This document shows positions 46,062-56,014 of a stretch of DNA of 64,000 nucleotides, in pieces. The stretch comes from a virus. Within the stretch, counting starts at the first letter, position 1. Every line of letters begins with the position of its first letter. The position numbers and the translations under genes are program-made. The stretch is taken from IMG/VR virus record IMGVR_UViG_3300010354_012181, positions 1-64,000 of that record, one strand, 5' to 3'. The notes below the pieces were generated by a model. That model ran no database searches and was not told where the DNA came from. It worked only from the letters and a program-made list of their open reading frames with translations.

Positions 46062-46729
46062 TGAATGTACGTTTGGTATCCTATTCCCAACCCACAATGG
46101 AATTCGCTGATCTTGGCATCTCAGATGCGCAGGAACTCATCGCGTATTGCGCCCGTGTCAGCAATCCATCCAACCAATTTAATACAGAGACATCAGAGAA
46201 GCTTATTCGATATCTTGTTAAACACGCACATTGGAGCCCCCTTGAAATGGTTTCAGCCTGTGTTGAAATCACAACCACAAGAGACATCGCAAGACAGATC
46301 CTCAGACACAGAAGTTTTAGTTTCCAAGAGTTCAGTCAGCGATATGCTGACCCTACTAAAGATCTCTCGTTCGTATTGCGAGAAGCACGACTTCAAGACC
46401 CAAAGAACAGACAGAACAGCGTCGAAACGGATGATGAACGCCTACAGAGAGATTGGGAACGACAACAACAGCAGGTCATCGACTACGCTCGCAGTGCCTA
46501 CGAATGGGCTATCGCTAAAGGCATAGCCAAAGAACAAGCTCGTGCTGTGTTGCCCGAAGGGTTGATCGAAAGCAAACTTTACATGAACGGCACACTTCGT
46601 TCTTGGATACACTTTATCGAACTACGTTCGGGTAACGGTACACAAAAAGAACATCAATTAGTAGCACTGGCCTGTGCCCAAGCCATTGCCGCTATTTTTC
46701 CAATGGGTCAAACATTGACCCAAAATTAA
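46061..46729 (+). CDS. thyX: FAD-dependent thymidylate synthase
   Basis: HWSPLE, RQILRHRSFSFQEFSQRY, EQARAVLP. Confidence 0.96.
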   Translation: MNVRLVSYSQPTMEFADLGISDAQELIAYCARVSNPSNQFNTETSEKLIRYLVKHAHWSPLEMVSACVEITTTRDIARQILRHRSFSFQEFSQRYADPTKDLSFVLREARLQDPKNRQNSVETDDERLQRDWERQQQQVIDYARSAYEWAIAKGIAKEQARAVLPEGLIESKLYMNGTLRSWIHFIELRSGNGTQKEHQLVALACAQAIAAIFPMGQTLTQN

Positions 46730-46735
46730 TGGATC

Positions 46736-46764
46736 TTGACAGGTTTTTAGAAATCTAGTATAAT
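46736..46764 (+). promoter_or_regulatory. sigma70-type promoter
   Basis: TTGACA-17-TATAAT. Confidence 0.85.
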
Positions 46765-46791
46765 TAAAGTGTTCAACAGAAAGAATATTAT

Positions 46792-47616
46792 ATGAGAAAT
46801 TATTGGACCTGTTCAAAATTCGCCGATTGGATTCGCGGCACCACTAAGCTGAAGTGCGGCACTAGCGAAGAATGGGCGGAGTGGGAAACTCGTGCTAAAA
46901 AAGCATATCCTATTCGCTGGTGGCTGGCCGAAGAAGGATTAGATAAGTTACAAGACATCTGGTGTTTCATTCCGGAGAAAATAAATGATGTACGCTATTA
47001 TATCAACAATCGTTGGGTTACTCGTACTCATAGTCTTACTGCTCACAGTCGTGATATTAAACCTGGTGTATGGTGTGATGTGGGTAATCGCTTTCTGCCA
47101 TGTCTCTTTAATGAACTTGTGGATTTTGTTGAGGTCGAACAAGCATGGCACCATGTAATGTGGGACGACAAAGCACGTAAAAAGTATCGTACACCCTTCA
47201 GCAGAACATTTTTCCGTTTTCGCACCTGGCGCTGTCCTGAAGCCGGCATCGACTACCTCAAGTGGGCGATGACTTTGACCAACAAAGAATTCATCGAAGA
47301 AGGCGAACAGGAAGAACCCACATATCAAGCCAAAGCCGCTAAAGAAATATTAGAACTTTACACTTGGTGGAAGGAAGTCTATCCTAATCGTCCAGAGCCT
47401 ATGGATGCCAGCGGTTGGAGTGCGTATTGCGAGGCCTGCCGAGAAGAACACGGCGGCAGTCTTTGGGCTAGTTTGAGAGATCCTAAGAACAAAGAACTTA
47501 AAAAGCAAGGTGAGAAAGCACACAAACTTCTTCAAAAAATCGAAGCAGAGTATAACAAAGAAGACGAAACAATGATGATCCGTCTTATCAAAATACGTGA
47601 AAGCCTATGGACCTAG
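46792..47616 (+). CDS. Hypothetical phage protein (Trp-rich)
   Basis: 274 aa ORF after promoter. Confidence 0.8.
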   Translation: MRNYWTCSKFADWIRGTTKLKCGTSEEWAEWETRAKKAYPIRWWLAEEGLDKLQDIWCFIPEKINDVRYYINNRWVTRTHSLTAHSRDIKPGVWCDVGNRFLPCLFNELVDFVEVEQAWHHVMWDDKARKKYRTPFSRTFFRFRTWRCPEAGIDYLKWAMTLTNKEFIEEGEQEEPTYQAKAAKEILELYTWWKEVYPNRPEPMDASGWSAYCEACREEHGGSLWASLRDPKNKELKKQGEKAHKLLQKIEAEYNKEDETMMIRLIKIRESLWT

Positions 47617-47617
47617 C

Positions 47618-47806
47618 ATGAAAACATCTGCGTTTAGAACTTGGGTTAGAGAATTATGGTATGATAACTGTGAAGAGCACGTTGAAGCAAGATTACCTAA
47701 GTACACGCATGAAGAATATTTCCAAAAATTTAAATGGTGGTTAAAAAGGGAATACAAACATAAGAGAGAGCAAGATGCTAGAAAACAAAGAAGAAGAACT
47801 ATATAA
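47618..47806 (+). CDS. Small hypothetical protein
   Basis: ATG directly after the upstream stop. Confidence 0.65.
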   Translation: MKTSAFRTWVRELWYDNCEEHVEARLPKYTHEEYFQKFKWWLKREYKHKREQDARKQRRRTI

Positions 47807-47996
47807 CAAATATATGGCATTCAATCAAGTAATGCTAGAAGAGTATGACCCTATAGAAATAGCAGCCATAATGATCGTACAAGGTTTAACTTTTTACAGA
47901 ACTGTTATGACTGAAGAAGATTATCAAAAAATTGTTGATAGTATCTATAACAACAAAGACAATATAATGACCTTCACAGGACCAAATCTACAATGA
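47775..47996 (+). CDS. Small hypothetical protein
   Basis: 73 aa ORF in operon. Confidence 0.65.
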   Translation: MLENKEEELYNKYMAFNQVMLEEYDPIEIAAIMIVQGLTFYRTVMTEEDYQKIVDSIYNNKDNIMTFTGPNLQ

Positions 47997-48322
47997 AACC
48001 ACAGACACCAGCAGAAGGCATTATGAAAACCGGCGATTGGGGCACTGCTAAATCTTACAAAGTTGTCTGCGATTGTGGCGATCCCGATCACGAACACAAG
48101 GTTTGGGTTGAAGCCGAAGAAATAGGTATAAATGTTACCATCTACACAACTGTTAAATCTCCTTTTTGGTCTATTAATCGATTCAAACAAATTTGGCAAA
48201 TATTGACAAAAGGCCATTTACAGACAGAAACTGTAATTTTAATGAATGAACAAGAAGCATTGAACTACGCCGAGACTCTAAAATCCGCAATTCAAGATGT
48301 CAAAGATTTCAAAAAGCTCTGA
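47993..48322 (+). CDS. Hypothetical protein
   Basis: ATGA overlap; CDCG..DH motif. Confidence 0.7.
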   Translation: MKPQTPAEGIMKTGDWGTAKSYKVVCDCGDPDHEHKVWVEAEEIGINVTIYTTVKSPFWSINRFKQIWQILTKGHLQTETVILMNEQEALNYAETLKSAIQDVKDFKKL

Positions 48323-48848
48323 ACGACATACCTTCCAAAAAGAAGGTTATGTCCGGCGCCAGGCAGAAAAGGGCGAATCAGTCAACGAAGATTATTTAGA
48401 TTGGTTTGAAAAAGTTCTAGAAGAACACAATCACAAGTTCGACGATCCACAAAGCCGTATTAACAATATGGAGTACGATCTCCTAACCACTGATTGGATT
48501 TTGGAGAAAGTTCGAGCCAGCGAATCCTATGCCCAAAATTTGTATGCGGCTATGTGCAATAATGGGTTTATTAAATTGGAAGTCATTCCTGTACTCAAGG
48601 GTGAGGAATGGGGTTGCTCTTGGAGATATGCTGGAGGCATAATCGCAGATATGCAGCAAGAAGGTGACTATATAGATTGGTATTGTTCTGGAATAGCAGG
48701 TGGCGATGAACCCGATGTATATAATGAAGCATACGATTTAAAACGGAAAAATTATGTGCCGGAAGGCCGCATAACCGACGAGATCCGGAATGATCTCCAG
48801 CGTCTTGGCTGGGCAGTGGCGCCCGGTGGAGATTGGGAAAAATTTTAA
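48297..48848 (+). CDS. Hypothetical phage protein
   Basis: YAQNLYAAMCNN...SWRYAGGIIAD...DYIDWYCSG. Confidence 0.8.
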   Translation: MSKISKSSERHTFQKEGYVRRQAEKGESVNEDYLDWFEKVLEEHNHKFDDPQSRINNMEYDLLTTDWILEKVRASESYAQNLYAAMCNNGFIKLEVIPVLKGEEWGCSWRYAGGIIADMQQEGDYIDWYCSGIAGGDEPDVYNEAYDLKRKNYVPEGRITDEIRNDLQRLGWAVAPGGDWEKF

Positions 48849-48871
48849 CTTAAAGGAGAATATTTTCTAAA

Positions 48872-49063
48872 ATGACCTGGGAACTATATGAGGTCTGGTC
48901 CGAATTTGACGGACACGAAGAATTGGTTGAAACTACCAAGAGTAAAAAAGAAGCATTGGCACTAGCCAAAAAAACTATTAATGAAGGTGCAGATCAAGTT
49001 TGGATCTGCAGAGAAACCGGGGACGGCGACTACGAAGAAATCGAACGGTTGACTGCTGACTAG
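48872..49063 (+). CDS. Small acidic hypothetical protein
   Basis: AAGGAG RBS. Confidence 0.7.
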   Translation: MTWELYEVWSEFDGHEELVETTKSKKEALALAKKTINEGADQVWICRETGDGDYEEIERLTAD

Positions 49064-49077
49064 AATGATGTTATAAT
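49049..49077 (+). promoter_or_regulatory. sigma70-type promoter
   Basis: TTGACT-17-TATAAT, TGn extension. Confidence 0.8.
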
Positions 49078-49107
49078 ATATATTAAACAACATTAGGAGT
49101 GATATCT

Positions 49108-50295
49108 ATGCCCAAATTGGCTACTAAAACTCGTATTACTAAAAAGCACGTAGCAGATCATCGCGCCAAATCTAATAGAGATATGAGTCCTCGGTGGGAC
49201 GGTTCAGAGGAATGGAGTGGAGAAAAATTCACAGCCCATTTTAGAACCGCTATGGAATATTATAGGCTAGAGTATTCTGCTAAAGATCTTAAGCCTAAGG
49301 TCATCGAATGGATGAAAACACAAGGATGGAATCCCGATTCTATTTTGGCTTTTAAAAAGACCAAAGATAATCGCTGTTCTGGAACTATGGGAGGATTGGC
49401 TGCTTGTATGCTTCGCGGTATGCCTGAAATACATCAAGGTTTTAATAACGGAAGAGATTCTGCAAAATGGTTAGAAGATGCTATTAATCAAGTTATCAGC
49501 GAAGGCATAGATGATTACGAATTAGAAGAAAAATCTGGTGAACAGCCATCGGTTCCTGTAATGTCAATTCAGGACAGAGTTAAAGAAGCCACCTTTACTA
49601 TGACTGAGGAGATTGAAGATGCTATTGAGTCGTTCAGTGCCGATCCTGAAGCATTTGATCCTAAGGCATTTAAAATGCTCAATCTCCTAAAAGGAAAACA
49701 AGCCAAGGCGGCTCACGCTCGTATTATTCGAGATTACTATCAACCGCAGTATGACGAATATATGGAATTACAACAGGGTAGTTGCGATCAACTTAAAGAA
49801 GCATACAGTCATCTTAGCAAGGCGCAGATTAAAAAGATCGTTACTTTTTACAGCGAGATCCTTTCAGCCTGCGATATGCTTATGCAGGAGGCCAAGGTCA
49901 ATCGTAAGCCACGTGCTAAAAAATCAAAACCAGTAGAAAAAATCGTAGAAAAGCTCAAATACCTTAAACAGGATGCAGGACTAAAACTGGTTTCTATTAA
50001 CCCTGTGGATATTGTTGGCTGCAAAGAACTTTGGATTTTTAACACCAAAACTCGTAAACTAGGAAAATACGTGGCAGGTGAGTTCTCAGATCTAGGAGTG
50101 AAAGGTACCAGTATCACTGGATTTGACGAGTTTAAATCAGTGCAAAAAACACTGAGAAAACCCGAAGATCAACTTAAAGAATTTAAAAATTCAGGAAAAG
50201 TGGCCCTAAGAAAATTCTTAGAAGATATCAAAGCCGTTGACATCAAACTTAACGGTCGTATCAACGAAGATACTATTCTGCTAAAAACGCTGTAA
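49108..50295 (+). CDS. Hypothetical phage protein
   Basis: AGGAG RBS before ATG 49108; about 395 aa. Confidence 0.8.
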   Translation: MPKLATKTRITKKHVADHRAKSNRDMSPRWDGSEEWSGEKFTAHFRTAMEYYRLEYSAKDLKPKVIEWMKTQGWNPDSILAFKKTKDNRCSGTMGGLAACMLRGMPEIHQGFNNGRDSAKWLEDAINQVISEGIDDYELEEKSGEQPSVPVMSIQDRVKEATFTMTEEIEDAIESFSADPEAFDPKAFKMLNLLKGKQAKAAHARIIRDYYQPQYDEYMELQQGSCDQLKEAYSHLSKAQIKKIVTFYSEILSACDMLMQEAKVNRKPRAKKSKPVEKIVEKLKYLKQDAGLKLVSINPVDIVGCKELWIFNTKTRKLGKYVAGEFSDLGVKGTSITGFDEFKSVQKTLRKPEDQLKEFKNSGKVALRKFLEDIKAVDIKLNGRINEDTILLKTL

Positions 50296-50325
50296 AGATT
50301 GTGCTAGAGTTTGATAAATACTGGT

Positions 50326-51201
50326 ATGAACAATACCAATCTCGATCAAACTCTAGCAGATCTTAATAAAATAATCAAAGATCTCGCCGAAGCAGCACAT
50401 CAGCCTGTAGCCCAAGAAGTTACACAATTCTTAGAATTTCGCGCCAAAAAAGGCGAAAATAATTGGGGTAAAGGTGTAATATGGACCGGGGAAGGTTATA
50501 CTAGACAATTGGTATTCAACGGTTCTCCCGATAGAATATTCTCGTCAGAATCATTAGATCTAGATAGAAATAAATCTTACAGTATAGGAGGCGTCAAAGT
50601 TCTAGATGAAAAAGAACTTGGGCCTAATATTGTTAAAAGTAATCTACAGCAGGTAGGTAGATTAAAAGGATTAATAGTTGACGGATCAGTAAGTATCAAT
50701 CAATACTTGATCTATAATGCTGCCACTGATAGATTAGGTATTGGTACAGAAGCGCCTAATGCAGCCTTTTCTGTAGCAGAAAATGCTATTGAAGTTATGT
50801 TAGGCACGAACGACGACTTCCACGGAATGGTGGGCACTTATGCTTCTACAGACTTTGATATTGTTACAGATAATACTGCAAGAATTAGTATTGCTGCCAA
50901 TGGCAATATACTTTTAGGTAATTTTAATAGGAATCCTATACAGGTTTCCATCAATGGAAAACTAAGCGTAGGTGTTAAAAATCCGGATCCCACAGTTGAT
51001 CTTCATGTTGCTGGTTCAGTGCGTTTTGCTAACCATTTGCAAACATATGGATCAGAACCTCCTAAAGAAGGCACTCATGCTGTCGGAGACATAGTTTGGA
51101 ATTCCGCTCCTAGAGTAGGCATCGGTATAGGTTGGGTATGCCTGAGAGCTGGTAGCCCGGGCGCTTGGTATCCATTCGGCGACATTAAAGAAAGAGGTTA
51201 A
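50326..51201 (+). CDS. Probable virion structural protein (fibre-like beta repeats)
   Basis: LGIGTEAP / VGVKNP..DLHVAG repeats; GDIVWN..P...GWVC C-terminus; TAAATA 5 nt upstream. Confidence 0.65.
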   Translation: MNNTNLDQTLADLNKIIKDLAEAAHQPVAQEVTQFLEFRAKKGENNWGKGVIWTGEGYTRQLVFNGSPDRIFSSESLDLDRNKSYSIGGVKVLDEKELGPNIVKSNLQQVGRLKGLIVDGSVSINQYLIYNAATDRLGIGTEAPNAAFSVAENAIEVMLGTNDDFHGMVGTYASTDFDIVTDNTARISIAANGNILLGNFNRNPIQVSINGKLSVGVKNPDPTVDLHVAGSVRFANHLQTYGSEPPKEGTHAVGDIVWNSAPRVGIGIGWVCLRAGSPGAWYPFGDIKERG

Positions 51202-51202
51202 T

Positions 51203-51841
51203 ATGCAGGCCCTAGTGATAGGGAACGGCGAAAGCCGACGCAATATCGACATCGCCGATTTCAAAGATCATACTCTAATAGGCTGTAATGCCATACACAG
51301 AGATCTCATAGTTGATCATCTCATATGCTGTGATCAGCGTATGGCACGTGAGGCATTAGAAAATCCAAACATCAAACAAACTTCTGTCTACGTGAGAAAC
51401 GACTGGTATCATTACTTTCGTAAAGTACAAAAGCATAAAAATATCAATATAGTTCCAGAATTACCCTACAAAGGAGATAAAAGACATGATCAGCCAGTGC
51501 ATTGGGGCAGCGGTTGCTATGCACTACTTTTGGCCGCAGTTTTAGAACACAGACAGATTTCAATGATAGGATTTGATCTATATGCCAAAGAAAAATATGT
51601 TAATAATGTGTATAAAGACAGTCCCAACTATTCTAGATCTAATGCCAGTCCTGTAGATCCTTCTTATTGGATATATCAGATAGGTAAGGTTTTTGAATAT
51701 TTTCCAGATATTGATTTTTTAATTTACAATTTTCAAAGTTGGAATATGCCGGAAGATTGGAAAAAAAATAATGTTCATTTAGTACCTATTGGTGTTGATT
51801 CTAAGTTAAATATATCTTATAATACTTCAACAGTGGACTAA
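51203..51841 (+). CDS. DUF115/MptE-like (glycosyltransferase-like) Rossmann protein
   Basis: VIGNGESR, IGCNA, WGSG, MIGFD. Confidence 0.65.
   Translation: MQALVIGNGESRRNIDIADFKDHTLIGCNAIHRDLIVDHLICCDQRMAREALENPNIKQTSVYVRNDWYHYFRKVQKHKNINIVPELPYKGDKRHDQPVHWGSGCYALLLAAVLEHRQISMIGFDLYAKEKYVNNVYKDSPNYSRSNASPVDPSYWIYQIGKVFEYFPDIDFLIYNFQSWNMPEDWKKNNVHLVPIGVDSKLNISYNTSTVD
51795..51823 (+). promoter_or_regulatory. sigma70-type promoter for queD
   Basis: TTGATT-17-TATAAT. Confidence 0.65.
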
Positions 51842-51908
51842 GACGTTCATCCCACTTTAAATATTCTGCATGTCATCAAACTTGCTACTTTTATAAAGGA
51901 GAGAAGAG

Positions 51909-52412
51909 ATGGCAAATCAACCTATTACTTACAGATATGTAAGTACAAAAGAATATCATGATTCGTTCCCTTGTGCATATAGACAATGGCGAGCAGATAG
52001 TCATTGTAATCTGATACATGGATATTCATTTTCAATGAAATTTTACTTTGGAACTAACGACTTAGATGTTCGAAATTGGGCTGCTGACTATGGCGGTTTA
52101 AAAGAACTGAAAAAAATACTTGAAGATCAATTTGATCACACTCTGCTGGTAGCACAAGATGATCCTGAGATTAATACATTCAAGTTACTGCAAGAAAAAA
52201 AGATGGCTAAATTAACCATATTACCAAGACTAGGCTGCGAAGGATTGGCAGATATGTTATACAAGTATGTCAACGGTGTTTATATTCCCGATATGTGGGG
52301 TCCGGGTGAGGCTGCTAGACTCTGGTGCTACAGAGTGGAAGTCCGAGAAACGCAGAGTAATATGGCATTCCGCGAAGGACATCGCGAATGGAATGAGGAT
52401 CTGTTTAGTTAA
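51909..52412 (+). CDS. queD: 6-pyruvoyl-tetrahydropterin synthase / QueD family
   Basis: HCNLIHGYS, FDHTLL, GCEGLA, VRET; AAGGAG RBS. Confidence 0.85.
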   Translation: MANQPITYRYVSTKEYHDSFPCAYRQWRADSHCNLIHGYSFSMKFYFGTNDLDVRNWAADYGGLKELKKILEDQFDHTLLVAQDDPEINTFKLLQEKKMAKLTILPRLGCEGLADMLYKYVNGVYIPDMWGPGEAARLWCYRVEVRETQSNMAFREGHREWNEDLFS

Positions 52413-52423
52413 TTTGATTCGTA

Positions 52424-53248
52424 ATGAATTTTGATAGACAAGTTCTTAGAGAATTATTGAGCAAATCCGAGTGGAAACATTTCAAAGCCACCGGAGAATT
52501 GCCACCTAATTTTGTTTATCCTGAATCAGAAACTGTTACAGTGAATGCGACAGATTTCGTCAATGTGCTGTGTGTTAGATTTGGCAACAAATATGGGGCT
52601 GATTATGTAGAAAAATTGCGTAATATGGTATCAAGGCACCTTACTGTACCGTATGAGTTTTACTGTCTAACGGATGATCAACATCCCATAGATGGAGTTA
52701 AATCTATAATTCGTCCCAACCAAGGATATGTTAGAGGCTGGTGGCACAAAGTGCATATGTTTGATCCAAGTCTAGGTCTTAAAGGTAGGATTTTGTATTT
52801 TGATCTAGATGTTATCATACATGATAATATTAACAAATTAGCCATCGGACACCAAAATAAATTCATGGGCATTAGGGATTTCAATAGAAAGTTCAATTCA
52901 GACTGGAACATGTTGAATAGTTCAGTGCTTAGTTGGCCGGCTGGATTACATACAGATATTTTTACAGTTTTCCAGACAGATCCAAAAAAGGCTCAGCGGA
53001 TGCATGGGGACCAAGATTGGATCTGGCAAACAGCTAAATCTAGAATAACATTTTGGCCGGAAAGATGGATAATGAGTTATAAATGGGAAATCCGGGACCG
53101 TAGCGAAATCGCATACAGCGGAGCACGTAGACATTTTAAAACTGTGAAAGAAGTTAATATTCCTAGAGACTGTTCGGTATGTGTATTCCATGGCGATCCA
53201 AATCCTCATGATGTACAGGATCCTTATGTGCTTGACAACTGGCGTTAA
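52424..53248 (+). CDS. Glycosyltransferase (GT-A, DxD)
   Basis: GWWHKVHMF, LYFDLDVII, NSSV, GDQDWI, VFHGDPNP. Confidence 0.82.
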   Translation: MNFDRQVLRELLSKSEWKHFKATGELPPNFVYPESETVTVNATDFVNVLCVRFGNKYGADYVEKLRNMVSRHLTVPYEFYCLTDDQHPIDGVKSIIRPNQGYVRGWWHKVHMFDPSLGLKGRILYFDLDVIIHDNINKLAIGHQNKFMGIRDFNRKFNSDWNMLNSSVLSWPAGLHTDIFTVFQTDPKKAQRMHGDQDWIWQTAKSRITFWPERWIMSYKWEIRDRSEIAYSGARRHFKTVKEVNIPRDCSVCVFHGDPNPHDVQDPYVLDNWR

Positions 53249-53260
53249 CTGTGCTATAAT
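53232..53260 (+). promoter_or_regulatory. sigma70-type promoter, leaderless uvsE transcript
   Basis: TTGACA-17-TATAAT with TGn; ATG 5 nt after the -10 box. Confidence 0.85.
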
Positions 53261-53265
53261 AAAGT

Positions 53266-54288
53266 ATGACTAAACGAATTGGTTTTGCTTGTAAATGGAT
53301 AGACGAACCTCGTCAAATAGATGGTATCAAACCTAAGGACGACTGTAAAAAGTATAACACAGGTTCTACCACTGTGGCTTGGTTAAATAGACAGACTAAA
53401 GATGTGGCTGTAGAAAAACTATGGTCATTGATGGAACAGAACACAGAATCTACCAGACTACTAGTAGAGCGTGTTGGAGGATTAGATGAAGATCTTAGAA
53501 TGGTACGACTCAGCAGTGATATACTACCTGTATACACTGAGCCAACTTGGGGCTGGTTTTGGCGGCTTCCCGATGTGCGAGCAACTTGTGAAAGAAGATT
53601 TCAGCAAATCGGAGATGTGGCTCGCTCGCGTGGCGTTCGGTTGTCTTTCCATCCTGGCCAGTTTTGCGTGTTGGCATCTGATAACAATGATATTGTAGAT
53701 CGAAGCATAGAGGAATTTGAGTATCATGTGGACATGGCTCGCTGGATGGGATTTGGCAAGACATTCCAAGACTTTAAGATCAATGTTCATATCTCGGGCA
53801 GACAAGGACCGACAGGTATCGTTGCTGCATTAGCAAGGATGACTCCAGAAGCACGTAACACACTGACCATCGAGAACGATGAGATTACTTGGGGAATCGA
53901 TTCCAGTTTAGAACTAGTAGATCACTGTGCTTTGGTGTTAGACATACACCATCATTGGATACACACAGGAGAATATATTGAAGCGAATGACGACCGTGTT
54001 AAAAGGATTATTGATAGCTGGCGCGGTGTGCGGCCTGTTATACATTATAGTGTTTCACGGGAAGAGCATCTTATTGATCATCCCACCGACACCATTCCCT
54101 CCCTTAATGCGTTAATGGAGAACGGACACAAAAAAGCAAAACTCAGAGCACATTCAAATTTCTACTGGAACACAGCAGCAAATGAATGGGCACTGAGTTT
54201 TAGGGAACAGTTCGATATTATGTGCGAGAGCAAGGCTAAAAATCTAGCATCGTTCGCACTCTACGAACAGGCTAAGCAGATTACTTAG
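53266..54288 (+). CDS. uvsE: UV damage endonuclease
   Basis: RIGFAC, RLSSD, RLSFHPGQF, IENDE, LDIHHHW, HYS, MCESKAK. Confidence 0.93.
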   Translation: MTKRIGFACKWIDEPRQIDGIKPKDDCKKYNTGSTTVAWLNRQTKDVAVEKLWSLMEQNTESTRLLVERVGGLDEDLRMVRLSSDILPVYTEPTWGWFWRLPDVRATCERRFQQIGDVARSRGVRLSFHPGQFCVLASDNNDIVDRSIEEFEYHVDMARWMGFGKTFQDFKINVHISGRQGPTGIVAALARMTPEARNTLTIENDEITWGIDSSLELVDHCALVLDIHHHWIHTGEYIEANDDRVKRIIDSWRGVRPVIHYSVSREEHLIDHPTDTIPSLNALMENGHKKAKLRAHSNFYWNTAANEWALSFREQFDIMCESKAKNLASFALYEQAKQIT

Positions 54289-54583
54289 ATTTTGGTTTAC
54301 GACCAACGGCTTTCTTAGCAGTTTCTTTAGCTTTGACTGCGGCTTTTTTAGCACCAGTCTTGGCTTTTTCTTTAACTACCTTAACGTCAGCAGCATCAAC
54401 CTTGCCGTCCTTGTTAACGTCGGCAGTTGCTTTAACTCCCTCTACGACATTTTGGACAGCAGCCTTTGCATCGGCAGCATCTACTTTACCATCATTGTTT
54501 ACATCAAAGCTTTTAGAGCTGCGATTGTAATAAATGAAAGCGCCAATAACCACTGCGGCGATTGCTAAAAGTACGATTTCCAT
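54281..54583 (-). CDS. Membrane-anchored protein with two EF-hand/dockerin-like repeats and a Lys/Ala tail
   Basis: AAGGAG RBS; N-terminal TM; DVNNDGKVDAAD and DVNKDGKVDAAD. Confidence 0.75.
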   Translation of the reverse strand: MEIVLLAIAAVVIGAFIYYNRSSKSFDVNNDGKVDAADAKAAVQNVVEGVKATADVNKDGKVDAADVKVVKEKAKTGAKKAAVKAKETAKKAVGRKPKSK

Positions 54584-54626
54584 GGTTAAATCTCCTTGTG
54601 GTTTATTTAGCAGGGTAAATATTGAT

Positions 54627-55184
54627 ATGCTACATTTTATTAAAAGTTTAACTGAAAACACAGATAAAAGAGAATTATATCAGGAAAAACTGAAATTCTC
54701 TAAAGATGAACTGGAACCTGTTATGAGCGAAGCCACCATAAAATATCACTATGACGGTCTGGCTTCTAAATATTCAGAACGCTATAACAAGGGCGAAGGT
54801 GATCCAGATTTCAATTACGGCGGTGCTGTATTACATAACCTATTCTTCGCAAATTTAACCCCGCCTAAGGCCGCTAATAAACCAGAGGGGATCAGTAAGA
54901 CTGTTATCAATGAAAAATGGGGCAATTTTGACAAGTTCAAATCAGAGATAGAAAAAACTGCTATGTCAATACAGGGCAGCGGTTGGCTATATATGGATAC
55001 TGCTGGAGAGATCCAGACTATACGCAATCACGAATATAAAAAGAATATGAAGATTGCACTGTTGATAGATTGGTGGGAACATGCTTGGGCCCTTGATTAT
55101 CAACAGGACAAAGCCAAATACCTTAACAATATTTGGCGTATCATCAACTGGGAAGTTGTTGATATTAGACTACAAGGAGCGTAA
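54627..55184 (+). CDS. sod: Fe/Mn superoxide dismutase
   Basis: LEPVMS..T..YH, HNLFF, QGSGW, DWWEHAW. Confidence 0.9.
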   Translation: MLHFIKSLTENTDKRELYQEKLKFSKDELEPVMSEATIKYHYDGLASKYSERYNKGEGDPDFNYGGAVLHNLFFANLTPPKAANKPEGISKTVINEKWGNFDKFKSEIEKTAMSIQGSGWLYMDTAGEIQTIRNHEYKKNMKIALLIDWWEHAWALDYQQDKAKYLNNIWRIINWEVVDIRLQGA

Positions 55185-55185
55185 A

Positions 55186-55299
55186 ATGTTAGATACAATC
55201 GTACTATTATTAGTCGGTGCATTCATTGGTTGGCATTTCCCTGAGCCATCTTGGGCCAAGGTAATCAAAGCCAAAGTTCTAGGAATGATTAAAAAATAA
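55186..55299 (+). CDS. Small membrane protein
   Basis: AAGGAG RBS; LLVGAFIGWHFPEPSWAK. Confidence 0.65.
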   Translation: MLDTIVLLLVGAFIGWHFPEPSWAKVIKAKVLGMIKK

Positions 55300-55308
55300 G
55301 GAGACGGT

Positions 55309-55701
55309 ATGGCATACTCAGAGAAAGTGATCGATCACTACGAAAACCCTCGTAATGTAGGTAGTTTCTCTAAGGATGATCCCGAGGTAGGCACCGGCAT
55401 GGTCGGTGCGCCTGCCTGCGGGGATGTTATGAAACTACAGATAAAGGTAGATGATGCTACAGGTATTATTACAGACGCTAAATTTAAAACTTATGGCTGC
55501 GGTTCGGCGATCGCAAGCTCCAGTCTCGTCACAGAATGGGTTAAAGGTCGTACCCTTGACGAAGCCGCCACCATCCGGAACACAGAAATCGCAGAAGAAT
55601 TAGCACTTCCGCCAGTAAAGATTCACTGTTCAATTCTTGCAGAAGATGCTATAAAAGCAGCTATAACTGATTATAAAAATAAACATGATCTTTCTAACTG
55701 A
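55309..55701 (+). CDS. iscU: Fe-S cluster scaffold IscU
   Basis: YSEKVIDHYENPRNVG, APACGD, GCGSAIASSS, LPPVKIHCS. Confidence 0.97.
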   Translation: MAYSEKVIDHYENPRNVGSFSKDDPEVGTGMVGAPACGDVMKLQIKVDDATGIITDAKFKTYGCGSAIASSSLVTEWVKGRTLDEAATIRNTEIAEELALPPVKIHCSILAEDAIKAAITDYKNKHDLSN

Positions 55702-56014
55702 TCTAGCAACCTGCAAAGTAAAGGAAGCAATTAAGAAAAGAGGCAAAGGTTTAGGAATAAAGATAGGAGTTAAAACCACAGGTTGTTCGGGAATGGCCTA
55801 TACATTAGAATACGTAGACACAGAGCAGGGAGTCGAACACTGTATAGAACATCATGAAATAAACGGTTTACGAGTTTATATGGATCCTAAACACAGACCT
55901 TATCTTTACGGTATGACTATGGATTGGGTGAAAAAAGGACTAAACGAAGGTTTTGATTTCATTAATCCCAATGAACGAGATCGTTGCGGTTGCGGAGAGA
56001 GTTTCAGGATTTAG
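55685..56014 (+). CDS. iscA: Fe-S cluster assembly protein IscA
   Basis: TTGCSGMAY and CGCGESF. Confidence 0.93.
   Translation: MIFLTDLATCKVKEAIKKRGKGLGIKIGVKTTGCSGMAYTLEYVDTEQGVEHCIEHHEINGLRVYMDPKHRPYLYGMTMDWVKKGLNEGFDFINPNERDRCGCGESFRI

Noticed and set aside
35222-52412. Complete 7-deazaguanine DNA modification pathway (QueC-like plus QueD)
   Set aside because: The two genes are 16 kb apart, and folE, queE and dpdA are not in this window, so it cannot be supported here.
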